A stretch of DNA of 64,000 bases from sequence record PZ386966.1. One strand, written 5' to 3'. A program made the translations under genes and the position numbers. Positions within the stretch are counted from its first letter, which is position 1, and every line of letters starts with the position of its first letter. The DNA is from a phage. The notes beneath the pieces were generated by a model. It made no database searches, had not been told where the DNA came from, and saw nothing but the letters and a program-made list of their open reading frames with translations. Positions 55,118 to 63,763 of this stretch are shown here, piece after piece.

Positions 55118-55462
55118 ATGGACAACCTTTCCATATGGTTTAACAATAAACCTGTACAACCGAAATACTTACAAGTTGCCTATACAGACATCCTTAAAGT
55201 TCTCGGTAAAGAAAAGTTTGAAAAGTTTTGTGAAGGTATCTACAATCACCACTGCCAATTTGCTACAAAAGAAGGTATGTTTGTCATAGAACAGTTCTTT
55301 GGCAGAGACCCAGATGACTCCGAAGAGATTAGCTTTGTAATGAAATACATGATAGAGTATATTGAAAATCGTGGATTCGAAGTTAATCCTGAATTTTATG
55401 AGCATGAGGGTGTACCTTTAGCAAAAGGTTTCGATGGCATACTCATTAACTGGACTTGGTGA
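55118..55462 (+). CDS. hypothetical protein
   Basis: 114 aa. Confidence 0.3.
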   Translation: MDNLSIWFNNKPVQPKYLQVAYTDILKVLGKEKFEKFCEGIYNHHCQFATKEGMFVIEQFFGRDPDDSEEISFVMKYMIEYIENRGFEVNPEFYEHEGVPLAKGFDGILINWTW

Positions 55463-55803
55463 AAACTATGAAAATCAAAGAGATGAACATCAACATTATC
55501 TTAGAAGAACGTTGGGAAAACATTAAGAAGCCTGAAGGTGGTAAAAAGTTCCTTAACAAAATTTTAGTAGCAGCTAAAGAAGAACTGACTGGCAAGATTG
55601 CAGCAGCAATCACAATAAAAGTCTGTGTAAAAGGTCTTCCACAACATCACCAATTTGCACTTGACGAGTTTAAAGAAAGCTTCTACAATCCAAACAAACA
55701 GATGCTTGAAAGTAACTTTGCAGTATCTACAAGTATCGTCCATGACAGAAGCTTTATCCTTTACAAGAATATGAGAGGTGAGTCATGCAAGCATATTGGA
55801 TAG
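55456..55803 (+). CDS. hypothetical protein
   Basis: 115 aa. Confidence 0.3.
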   Translation: MVKTMKIKEMNINIILEERWENIKKPEGGKKFLNKILVAAKEELTGKIAAAITIKVCVKGLPQHHQFALDEFKESFYNPNKQMLESNFAVSTSIVHDRSFILYKNMRGESCKHIG

Positions 55804-55961
55804 AAATTTTACTATCACTTGGTAGTGTAGCAGTGTTTGTTTACCTTCTTTGCAAGTACTATGCAGAGTACAAGAAGTGTGACTACTGCAATGGGGAAGG
55901 GTATACAAGGGCAGGTTGTTGCCCTATGTGTGGTGGTTCTGGTAAAATGTTTAATAAGTGA
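55785..55961 (+). CDS. small membrane-anchored DnaJ-type zinc-finger protein (58 aa, not in ORF track)
   Basis: Hand translation 'MQAYWIEILLSLGSVAVFVYLLCKYYAEYKKCDYCNGEGYTRAGCCPMCGGSGKMFNK': TM helix plus CxxCxGxG ... CxxCxGxG. Confidence 0.3.
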   Translation: MQAYWIEILLSLGSVAVFVYLLCKYYAEYKKCDYCNGEGYTRAGCCPMCGGSGKMFNK

Positions 55962-55989
55962 TTTAACAGTAAACTAAGAGGAAAGTATT

Positions 55990-58356
55990 ATGCGCATGGT
56001 AAACGACCACGCAGAAGTGATTAAGAGTTCAACTTCTTTGGAGACATCTCAAGCACAGATTACAATGACACCTGAAATGTTCAGCCTTTTGAGTTCAGGT
56101 GTATACACATTCAAAGAAAGGGCAGTGATTCGTGAACTGTCATGTAACGCAGTAGATGCTCAAAAAGAAGCTGGAAAAGAGAACATCCCATTCCATGTGC
56201 ATTTACCTACTCGATTTGAGCCTTACTTTGAAGTCCGTGACTTTGGAACTGGTTTAACCCATGACAAAGTAATGAGTTTGTATCTGAACTATGGGGCTTC
56301 TACGAAGAATGACTCCAATGATTACATTGGTGCAATGGGTATCGGCTCAAAATCCCCATTTGCAATTGCTCAGTCATTCACAGTATCTAGCTATGTTGAT
56401 GGTGTTGTTAATAAGTACTCTGTTTACCTTGAGAATGGTATCCCTCAAGTAACTAAGCTTACTACCAACCCAACAAATGAACCCAATGGTTTAGCTGTAC
56501 GTGTAGCAGTTGCTGACCATCGTATTTCAAAGTTCTTTGAAGAGGCTGGTCATGTATACTCATACTTTGCTGTAAAACCAGAAAGTAACATTGTATATGA
56601 TGATGTATTAGCAGATATGAATGTCATTGCCCGTGAAGAGGGTGTTTATGATGCTATGATTCATAAGCAAAGCTGGCGTTCTAGTGGCAACAGGACAGAG
56701 TTTAATGTGGTGATGGGTAATATTTCCTACCCAGTGAACATGGAAGCATTACTTGGTGATGATTTCTTCAAAGTCTTGCCAGAGTTTTTCCGTAGGAGCG
56801 TAGACCTTGTAAACATCTACATGCCTATTGGTTCAGTGGCTATTGCAGCTTCTCGTGAAGCATTGCAGATGAATGACACGACAAAAAATGTTATCATCGA
56901 GGCTACTAAAAAGATAACTGAAGCCATTACAAAGGATGTTATCAAGAAAGTTAACAGTCAACCTACACTCATGGATGCTGCACAGGCTTATGCTGAGTTA
57001 CGTTTAAACTCACGAGAGATGTTTAATGCTGTGTGTCCAAAGCTAGAGTGGGGTGGTGTTAAGCTTGATTCTCTGGAAGAAGAATTACTAAACATTCGTC
57101 GTGGGATTATCTACGCAGAAGACGGCTCAGTCATTTATGAACGTGACGGTAAAGGTAATATTAAGGTTGATAGGAACGGGAATAATATCCCCAAAGTAGA
57201 TTACCTATACAATCCAGTTGCTTATGTCAAGTTCAACTCTTTGGAGAGTAAGATTCGTGCAACATCGCTTTCCTACACTCAAGAGGCGAGTATGTTCAAT
57301 ATCTTTGGCGCAATGCGTAAAAGTCAAATTGAACAGTTTTTGTTTGTTATAAACGACCGTCGCAATAAAAATGGTACTGAGAAGACTGTAGGCCGCAATC
57401 AGATTCTGCGTGGTGCATGTCGAGACTACGCTAACGAGTCAAGCCTGTTCCACAGATACAATGGTATTGTGTTTGTATTCTCGACTGAAAAAGAGTTAGA
57501 TGATTTAATCAACCTACATAAACTTGATAAAAGTTTGTTAAAGATTGTGAAGATGTCTGATAAGGAGCACCATTATCAGCGTAAAGAAGCTGTGAGGGGT
57601 GTTGTAAAACTCTGGAAAGCTGTTCCATCAGAAACTAAAGCTTCATACACAGAGGTGTCAGAAGACCTAGATACAATTGAAGAACCCCAGCTTTATATCA
57701 AGGCAGTAGGCGACACAGTTGATGGTGAATGTTTTTGCTCATCCCCAGAAGATGTAGCTAAAACAATTGCTAATGTTATAGGAAAAACAGTCTATGTTTT
57801 CCGAAAAGCAAATTGGAAAAAGATACCAGAAGACTGGATTGGAGTAGATGAGAAGCTATTGAATGACAGCTTAACTGATGTTCACTGGATTAATCATAAC
57901 AGGTATATGACACGTATCTATATGAATGGTGTCCTTGACCTTACAAGTAGTTGGATTATTGCCAGAAACTTTACGTTTAATAACAAGAAGATTTCTCGCG
58001 GGTATTGCTATTCACGAGATACAAACAAAACCATCTTCTTAGAAGGTAATGAGAATGCTGTTGAGGCAATGTTTGGTAAGATTCAGTATGTGGCTGCACC
58101 GTTTGCATACACTTACACTACCAGTGTTCTTCAGGATTTGAAGTCATGCCTTGACAATGATACAAAACTGTACAAAAAGATTAAGAAAGCGGGTGACCGC
58201 ATGGTTATTAAACTGACAAACTACCTTTCAAAAAGAAAACAAGAAAACTTCTTGCTTTCCCATTTAGATTGGAATAAAGTGTCACCCATCGAAGTGAGTA
58301 AGTTCTTAGGCTTTGATGTGAAGTGTGTTCCAGAAGGAACTACAGTTTACGATTAA
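55990..58356 (+). CDS. rIIA: rIIA protein (GHKL-type ATPase)
   Basis: 'RAVIRELSCNAVDA', 'RDFGTGL', 'NDYIGAMGIGSKSPF' align with recalled T4 rIIA 'RAVVRELITNMIDA', 'RDFGPGM', 'NDFIGGFGLGSKSPF'. Confidence 0.75.
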   Translation: MRMVNDHAEVIKSSTSLETSQAQITMTPEMFSLLSSGVYTFKERAVIRELSCNAVDAQKEAGKENIPFHVHLPTRFEPYFEVRDFGTGLTHDKVMSLYLNYGASTKNDSNDYIGAMGIGSKSPFAIAQSFTVSSYVDGVVNKYSVYLENGIPQVTKLTTNPTNEPNGLAVRVAVADHRISKFFEEAGHVYSYFAVKPESNIVYDDVLADMNVIAREEGVYDAMIHKQSWRSSGNRTEFNVVMGNISYPVNMEALLGDDFFKVLPEFFRRSVDLVNIYMPIGSVAIAASREALQMNDTTKNVIIEATKKITEAITKDVIKKVNSQPTLMDAAQAYAELRLNSREMFNAVCPKLEWGGVKLDSLEEELLNIRRGIIYAEDGSVIYERDGKGNIKVDRNGNNIPKVDYLYNPVAYVKFNSLESKIRATSLSYTQEASMFNIFGAMRKSQIEQFLFVINDRRNKNGTEKTVGRNQILRGACRDYANESSLFHRYNGIVFVFSTEKELDDLINLHKLDKSLLKIVKMSDKEHHYQRKEAVRGVVKLWKAVPSETKASYTEVSEDLDTIEEPQLYIKAVGDTVDGECFCSSPEDVAKTIANVIGKTVYVFRKANWKKIPEDWIGVDEKLLNDSLTDVHWINHNRYMTRIYMNGVLDLTSSWIIARNFTFNNKKISRGYCYSRDTNKTIFLEGNENAVEAMFGKIQYVAAPFAYTYTTSVLQDLKSCLDNDTKLYKKIKKAGDRMVIKLTNYLSKRKQENFLLSHLDWNKVSPIEVSKFLGFDVKCVPEGTTVYD

Positions 58357-58361
58357 AGTGT

Positions 58362-58391
58362 TTGACAAGGGGCTTTGAAGCCCCTTAGAAT
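58362..58391 (+). promoter_or_regulatory. sigma70-like promoter with hairpin in the spacer
   Basis: 'ttgaca' 58362-58367, 18-bp spacer formed by hairpin 'aaggggctttgaagcccctt', 'tagaat' 58386-58391; upstream of rIIB. Confidence 0.4.
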
Positions 58392-58435
58392 AGCCTCACA
58401 AAATGATTTATTAACTAACAAGAGAGAGTAATAAG

Positions 58436-59545
58436 ATGACTACTAAAACTAAAGCACAGATTGACGCAGAAATTTACAAACTGGTTAAAGAGGGTAAGCT
58501 GACTAAAACAGCTATTGCACAGAAATTTAACACCTCAACCCGTTCAGTCGGTCGTGCTGTAGAGCGTCATGAAGCAACCTTAAAAGGTAAGAAAAAGGTA
58601 GCTTCTAAACCAGCTACGAAGACTTTGAAGCAAGTTGCTAAATCAGTTAAAAAGAAAGCTGGAAAACCAGTTGAAAATGTTGTTAAAGAGACTGTACAAA
58701 AGGCTCCGGTAAATAAACTACACGAAGCTATGCAGAATGGTAACCAGATTGAGTATATGATTACTGGCGATTCTGTTATCATGACTTTCGGTGCAGATTC
58801 TGAAATCATTGAATCTACCCATCCGAACTATAAAGAAATCGTAATGGCTGTTGTATCCGGTGAGTATAAGAAAGCTTTCGAACTGATGAACATTCGTAAG
58901 TCTATCGAAAACTTCACTCAGGGTGCTATCACAATCAAAGGTGACAAGCTATTCTACGGTGCTGTTGAGATGCGTTCTACTCTGGTTGACCGTATTCTTC
59001 ACATGATGAAGACTGGAGATAAAGGTTTTGAACGCCTTGTGATGTTCTTCGAAAAACTGATGGAAAACCCATCTAAAGACTCTGTAGAACAACTTTGGGG
59101 CTTCGTATCTCACCTTGATGTTGAAATTGATGAAGAAGGTTACATCATTGGTTGGAAGAAAGTATCTACTCGTGAAGGCAAGCTGGTTGACTCCCACACC
59201 TACAGAGTACCTAATGATTTGGGTAACATTGTAGAAATGCCACGTTGGATGGTTGATAATAACCGTAACGTGACTTGCTCTCAAGGTCTTCATGTTGGTG
59301 CTTGGGATTATGTTCGTTGCTTCTCAGGTGATACAATCCTGAAGGTTCGTGTCCATCCACGAGACGTTGTATCCGTACCAACTGATTACAATGATATGAA
59401 GATGCGCTCGTCTCGTTATGAAGTTGCAGCAATCGTTGATAATCAACGTAAAGTGCTGAAAGCATGGGATGGCAAGACTGAAGCTTTGCATGTCATCGTT
59501 GGCACTGCTGGTGAACTCATCTCTCAACGTAAACGTGAAATCTAA
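58436..59545 (+). CDS. rIIB: rIIB protein
   Basis: C-terminal 'KVRVHPRDVVSVPTDYNDMKMRSSRYEV' aligns with recalled T4 rIIB 'KVKVHPRDVVSIPIDYNDAKMRTCQYEV'; immediately follows rIIA. Confidence 0.75.
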   Translation: MTTKTKAQIDAEIYKLVKEGKLTKTAIAQKFNTSTRSVGRAVERHEATLKGKKKVASKPATKTLKQVAKSVKKKAGKPVENVVKETVQKAPVNKLHEAMQNGNQIEYMITGDSVIMTFGADSEIIESTHPNYKEIVMAVVSGEYKKAFELMNIRKSIENFTQGAITIKGDKLFYGAVEMRSTLVDRILHMMKTGDKGFERLVMFFEKLMENPSKDSVEQLWGFVSHLDVEIDEEGYIIGWKKVSTREGKLVDSHTYRVPNDLGNIVEMPRWMVDNNRNVTCSQGLHVGAWDYVRCFSGDTILKVRVHPRDVVSVPTDYNDMKMRSSRYEVAAIVDNQRKVLKAWDGKTEALHVIVGTAGELISQRKREI

Positions 59546-59562
59546 TAAGTAATTTCTTAAAA

Positions 59563-59586
59563 GGCTGCTTCGGCGGCCTTTTTTAT
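59563..59586 (+). terminator. rho-independent terminator (UUCG tetraloop)
   Basis: 'ggctgc ttcg gcggcc' plus 'ttttttattt'. Confidence 0.6.
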
Positions 59587-59614
59587 TTGTATTTTGTGCA
59601 GAGTGCTGTATAAT
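59587..59614 (+). promoter_or_regulatory. promoter candidate
   Basis: 'tttgta' then 16 bp then 'tataat' (59609-59614); contains 'tgtgcag' motif. Confidence 0.35.
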
Positions 59615-59645
59615 TGTTGTCACGATAAACTAAACAGGAGAACCA

Positions 59646-60194
59646 ATGAAGAAATTGATTCTAGGTTTGTGCTTAATGTTTACAGCACACTTATCTTATG
59701 CAGTTGACTGCCCAGAGCTATCAATTAGCCAAAAAGTAAACATGTTAAAAGCTTACCAGTATGGTGAGAATAACATGGGTAAAGGTTGGGGTATCACTCT
59801 AGCTGCTATAGCCTTACAAGAGTCAGAGTTAGGTCTGAAGGTAGAGAATAAAAAGACACATGATTATGGTATTTTCCAGAATCACTTGAAGACTGTTGTA
59901 AAGCGTAACAAAATTAGTCCTAATGTGGCTAAAAAGAAACTCTTAAGAGACTTTGACTATGCTGCAAAGGAAACGCACAAAGAACTTGAATTTTGGACAA
60001 AGGTGCATGGTCAGCCAAAGTCAAAGAAAACTTTACAAAAAGTTTTAGCATCATATAATGCTGGGTATTCGTACAGAATCCCTAAAGCTAAAAAATATTC
60101 TCAAGATGTCTATAACAACATGAAAGTTATCGCTCAATGTGAATTTGCAACAAACATTTCTAAGGTAAATCATGAAAAAATTAAGAAAGTCTGA
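59646..60194 (+). CDS. secreted lytic transglycosylase-like protein (endolysin candidate)
   Basis: Signal peptide 'MKKLILGLCLMFTAHLSYA'; SLT-like 'ALQESELGL...YGIFQNH'. Confidence 0.45.
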   Translation: MKKLILGLCLMFTAHLSYAVDCPELSISQKVNMLKAYQYGENNMGKGWGITLAAIALQESELGLKVENKKTHDYGIFQNHLKTVVKRNKISPNVAKKKLLRDFDYAAKETHKELEFWTKVHGQPKSKKTLQKVLASYNAGYSYRIPKAKKYSQDVYNNMKVIAQCEFATNISKVNHEKIKKV

Positions 60195-60867
60195 TGAAGT
60201 ACTGTGTCATGCTTATGACTTACATCCTCATGAGTTAGGTCTTGATTCCTGTGTATGGACTCCAGAACAGTGTAGGGATTTTGAAGACACTGCAAGAGAA
60301 GTTGTATGTTCACTTGAAGAGTTTCACACATCAGAGCCAATTGTGAATGTTGTAGATAAAGAGACTGGACAAACTATAGGGGTAAGTCGTGATAGTTTAG
60401 TCATAGTCAATAAAGACCTTGTAGAAAAAGGTAACCTCATCTTAGCAGATATTGATGGTGTTCTTACAAATTTTAATCACGAAGATTGCTCAACGGAATT
60501 GACTGATGGGTCATTCTCACAGTACACTAATCTTCTTGACTCTGTAAGAGCAAAACCAACGTATGTTTTTAGTATTATTGATGCAATTGCTAATCATGCT
60601 GCCATTGGACTCTTGACAGCGAGAGGTGAATCTCAGAGAATACCTACTGAGATGTTTTTAAGGCATAACATAGAGCATGACTACATGCTTTTTATGCGTG
60701 GTTTTGGAACTAACTCTATAAGTGCAGAAAGTTTGAAAGTGAGGATGATTCAATCTTGCATTCTGCCTTACTTTAATATAGTATGTTTTATAGAAGATAC
60801 AGAGAAGAATGTGCAGAAGGTGAACAGAATCCTTCCACACATTAAAACCATGTTAGTTAAACATTGA
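60172..60867 (+). CDS. HAD-superfamily phosphatase domain protein
   Basis: HAD motif I 'LADIDGVLT', motif II 'GLLTARG', motif IV-like 'FIEDTEKN'; N-terminal ~95 aa unassigned. Confidence 0.45.
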   Translation: MKKLRKSDEVLCHAYDLHPHELGLDSCVWTPEQCRDFEDTAREVVCSLEEFHTSEPIVNVVDKETGQTIGVSRDSLVIVNKDLVEKGNLILADIDGVLTNFNHEDCSTELTDGSFSQYTNLLDSVRAKPTYVFSIIDAIANHAAIGLLTARGESQRIPTEMFLRHNIEHDYMLFMRGFGTNSISAESLKVRMIQSCILPYFNIVCFIEDTEKNVQKVNRILPHIKTMLVKH

Positions 60868-60877
60868 GAGAAAACTT

Positions 60878-61342
60878 ATGAACAATATCATTACGGTAGC
60901 ACTGGACGATACGGTAAACAAATCGGCAGTAGTTCGTAAAATGATTCAAGGTAACTTTGAAGGTAAAATTTTTCGTGCTGTTAATGTAAAAGCTGATGGC
61001 AGCATTCGTGAATATCGTGCATTGTTGAATGTTAAAAAACACGTAAAAGGTGCTGGTTCAACGACTGCACACAAAGAAAACCTGATGACTATCTATGATA
61101 TGGGTAAGGCTTCAGAGTTAGGTGCTGAAGGTATCGTTAAAGAAGGTGCTCCGTATCGCTCTTTCAATCTGGAAACTACTCTTATGCTTTCCTTTACAAG
61201 TGGTTCTAAAACAATCACTTACCTCTTTACTGATGCTGCAACGGTATCTGCTATTAAGGATAGCACTGTCAAAGCTGGCGTAGTTGCTGCTGCAAAAGCT
61301 TCTTCGATGGCTGCGAATATCCTTGCTAAAGTCCTCGGTTAA
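60878..61342 (+). CDS. hypothetical protein
   Basis: 154 aa. Confidence 0.35.
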   Translation: MNNIITVALDDTVNKSAVVRKMIQGNFEGKIFRAVNVKADGSIREYRALLNVKKHVKGAGSTTAHKENLMTIYDMGKASELGAEGIVKEGAPYRSFNLETTLMLSFTSGSKTITYLFTDAATVSAIKDSTVKAGVVAAAKASSMAANILAKVLG

Positions 61343-61354
61343 GGTTAAGATACA

Positions 61355-61376
61355 GGCTCCTTCGGGAGCCTTTTTC
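61355..61376 (+). terminator. rho-independent terminator (UUCG tetraloop)
   Basis: 'ggctcc ttcg ggagcc' plus 'tttttcattt'. Confidence 0.6.
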
Positions 61377-61394
61377 ATTTCAGGAGATTGTTAA

Positions 61395-61742
61395 ATGACA
61401 TTTAAAGAGTTCTGTCAAGCTACTTTCATAATTGTTTTCTTAGTTGGGGCAGGTGTCTGGGGGGGATACTCTTACAGAGACTACCAAGTTGCTGAAACTG
61501 AGCTAAACAATCAAAAGCTCATAAGTGTTGCTAAAGATGCTTATCAGGAAGGTTTAGTCACACTCAGCACCAATTACAAAAATGATTTGAAAGATGTGCT
61601 TGCTAAGAATAAGCATACAAAAGAGGTACTAACATATGAAAAAACTAAGCCAGAGTTTTATAATGTTTGTGTTACTGATAACTATGTCAGGGTGTTCAAC
61701 GAACAAAGTGAGCAGTACATTCAAAAACTCCCAAGTAAGTGA
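61395..61742 (+). CDS. i-spanin-like protein (Rz-like)
   Basis: N-terminal TM helix 'FIIVFLVGAGVWGG' followed by coiled-coil-prone periplasmic region. Confidence 0.4.
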   Translation: MTFKEFCQATFIIVFLVGAGVWGGYSYRDYQVAETELNNQKLISVAKDAYQEGLVTLSTNYKNDLKDVLAKNKHTKEVLTYEKTKPEFYNVCVTDNYVRVFNEQSEQYIQKLPSK

Positions 61743-61905
61743 GAGTGATAAGTACACTCAAGAGGAATCACGGTATATCATCAAAGGCAACACAGGCAGT
61801 GATGTAGCAGCAGCCCTTGAGTTCTATCGTGACGGCTTTTACCAGTGCACAATCAAAGCTAACAACCTTATTGACATGATTTTATTAGGGAATAAGCAGC
61901 AATGA
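61636..61905 (+). CDS. o-spanin-like lipoprotein (Rz1-like), overlapping upstream gene
   Basis: Lipobox 'LITMSGC'; begins inside the previous ORF in another frame and extends beyond it; longer and less Pro-rich than typical Rz1. Confidence 0.35.
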   Translation: MKKLSQSFIMFVLLITMSGCSTNKVSSTFKNSQVSESDKYTQEESRYIIKGNTGSDVAAALEFYRDGFYQCTIKANNLIDMILLGNKQQ

Positions 61906-62171
61906 CAGAGAATGAAGATACTTTTTACGTAGAAGGGTACTTACTGTTACCGCGACCAAAAGAAACTTATATGCGAATTGACTTCATACCAACCATTATG
62001 GATAATGTGATGTGTCATATCTTTATGCATGGTGTCACAGCACAGCTTAAGCATGTTGGTAAAGACTGCAAAATAAAGGTTGACACTCATCCAGAAATCA
62101 AAGAGAATCACTACACATGGTTCTTACCAGATTCTAAAGAAATCTTAGCAGTTCTTAAAACGAGGAAGTAA
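61902..62171 (+). CDS. hypothetical protein
   Basis: 89 aa. Confidence 0.3.
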   Translation: MTENEDTFYVEGYLLLPRPKETYMRIDFIPTIMDNVMCHIFMHGVTAQLKHVGKDCKIKVDTHPEIKENHYTWFLPDSKEILAVLKTRK

Positions 62172-62173
62172 CT

Positions 62174-62500
62174 ATGCAGATTAATGGAAGAGACTTTGTA
62201 GCCGTTTACTACGAGAAAGATAAAGAAGTTGGCGTAGCTCAAGTATCTTATGGTAATGGTAAGTTGTTGTATGGGACAATCGCAGTAGTCGGAACAAGAA
62301 GTGATACAAAAACTTTTAAAGACTGTGTTGACCTTCTTGAAGAATCCATCCATAATCATTGGTGTCTGATATGGATGACTGACAACGAAGTGATAGAACG
62401 CTTCAAAAAGATTGGTATCAACATTGATAGTATTGAGCATGTTGACTTATATGAGCTAACTGAGAAGGTAAACTATGAAAGTAATACTAGCCAGAGATAA
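62174..62500 (+). CDS. hypothetical protein
   Basis: 108 aa. Confidence 0.3.
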   Translation: MQINGRDFVAVYYEKDKEVGVAQVSYGNGKLLYGTIAVVGTRSDTKTFKDCVDLLEESIHNHWCLIWMTDNEVIERFKKIGINIDSIEHVDLYELTEKVNYESNTSQR

Positions 62501-62702
62501 AAAGACACGGAAAATTATCCGGTCAGCAGTATTCATTGGAAGAAATGAAGTGATTCCTTTTACAGCAAATGATGTGATAGTCTACAGGAAAAAATTAGCA
62601 TTCAGTTATTGCTTACGTGGCTTCATCTCCCAACCGTTGGAAGACTTTAAAAGCCGTTGTGGTAAAGGTATCATCATTCAAGAGGCAATTATTCATGGCT
62701 GA
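62475..62702 (+). CDS. hypothetical protein
   Basis: 75 aa. Confidence 0.25.
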   Translation: MKVILARDKKTRKIIRSAVFIGRNEVIPFTANDVIVYRKKLAFSYCLRGFISQPLEDFKSRCGKGIIIQEAIIHG

Positions 62703-62895
62703 TTTCTGCAAGAAGTGTGCAATAGAACATTTTGGTGTTGATACAGGGGACTTGAAAGGTCTCTTCACCAAAGAAGAGTTTGAAGCTGGTTCAGCTATGC
62801 CAGTTATCTGTGAAGGTTGTGGTGCAGGTTATGTAGACCATGAAGGTAACCGTGTAAAACCATCCGAAGATATGCAACGTTGGGAGCATTATTAG
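62617..62895 (+). CDS. small zinc-binding protein
   Basis: 'CKKCAIEH...CEGCGAGY'; overlaps previous ORF, so one of the two may be spurious. Confidence 0.3.
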   Translation: MASSPNRWKTLKAVVVKVSSFKRQLFMADFCKKCAIEHFGVDTGDLKGLFTKEEFEAGSAMPVICEGCGAGYVDHEGNRVKPSEDMQRWEHY

Positions 62896-62896
62896 T

Positions 62897-63682
62897 ATGG
62901 GTATTGTAAAAATCATCAATGGTGATATCTTTGCAGCATTTGATAAAGGTAAGTTTGACGTCATCGGTCACGGTTGCAACTGTATGAACCTAATGGGTGC
63001 AGGTATCGCTGATAAGATTTCTAAACTTTACCCAAAAGCATATGAGACCGATACAGAAGTTTATCTATATGCAGGCGGTATAGGTCACAAACCCTGTGAA
63101 AATTTACTGGGTAATTTCTCCGTAGCACGTTTAAAACAAGGCCGTATAGCTAACCTTTACACTCAGCTTAAGACTGGTAAAGATGCTCGATATAGTGCTT
63201 TAGAGTCATCTTTGAAACAGCTTAACAGATACTGTGAAGTCAATCAGTTGAAGAAAGTCGGGTTACCTATGATTGGTGCAGGTATCGGTGGGCTAGACCC
63301 CCAAGCCGTCACAGTTATCATCAATCAGGTGATGAAGAGTGTAGATGTGTATCTGTATGTCTATGAAGGAGAGATGTACCACAAGTTACACTCAGGTTGG
63401 GAGAACTACTGTGAACCAGAATACTTTGCAGGTGTAGCAGTGTTCACGGATAATGCAGTTACCCTCTTCAGACGAAGAAAAGGTAAGATACATCAAAGTA
63501 ACCCTCCGGTTGAAAAGATGTCTCTAAGTAACGCTCTAGTTACCCACCTGTCGAAGAGCAATCACAGAATTGCAGTAACATTTGGCAGTGATGCAGATAC
63601 TTACATCTATGCAAGAACTGATGAGGATATCGAGACAGTTTTCTCTTCGCCGGAAGTTACCTTCTTAGACGCAAAGAACTAA
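62897..63682 (+). CDS. macro-domain (ADP-ribose-binding/processing) protein
   Basis: 'INGDIF...DVIGHGCNCMNLMGAGIADKI' and 'ALESSLKQ...VGLPMIGAGIGGLDPQAV' follow the macro-domain pattern (GDI..DAIVNAAN..GGGV ... SIAFP.IGTG..G.P); ~100 aa C-terminal extension. Confidence 0.5.
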   Translation: MGIVKIINGDIFAAFDKGKFDVIGHGCNCMNLMGAGIADKISKLYPKAYETDTEVYLYAGGIGHKPCENLLGNFSVARLKQGRIANLYTQLKTGKDARYSALESSLKQLNRYCEVNQLKKVGLPMIGAGIGGLDPQAVTVIINQVMKSVDVYLYVYEGEMYHKLHSGWENYCEPEYFAGVAVFTDNAVTLFRRRKGKIHQSNPPVEKMSLSNALVTHLSKSNHRIAVTFGSDADTYIYARTDEDIETVFSSPEVTFLDAKN

Positions 63683-63763
63683 GAAACTCTGTAGAATATT
63701 CACAAGAGACTAAGCCTTTCTTATCTGGTAAATTTTTCAGGTAAGGAGGGCTTTTTTATTTCA

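Noticed and set aside
58949-59623. Several overlapping minus-strand ORFs (114, 84, 99 aa) across the rIIB gene and terminator
   Set aside because: Antisense to rIIB, which has clear T4 rIIB motif matches; they overlap each other and the terminator.
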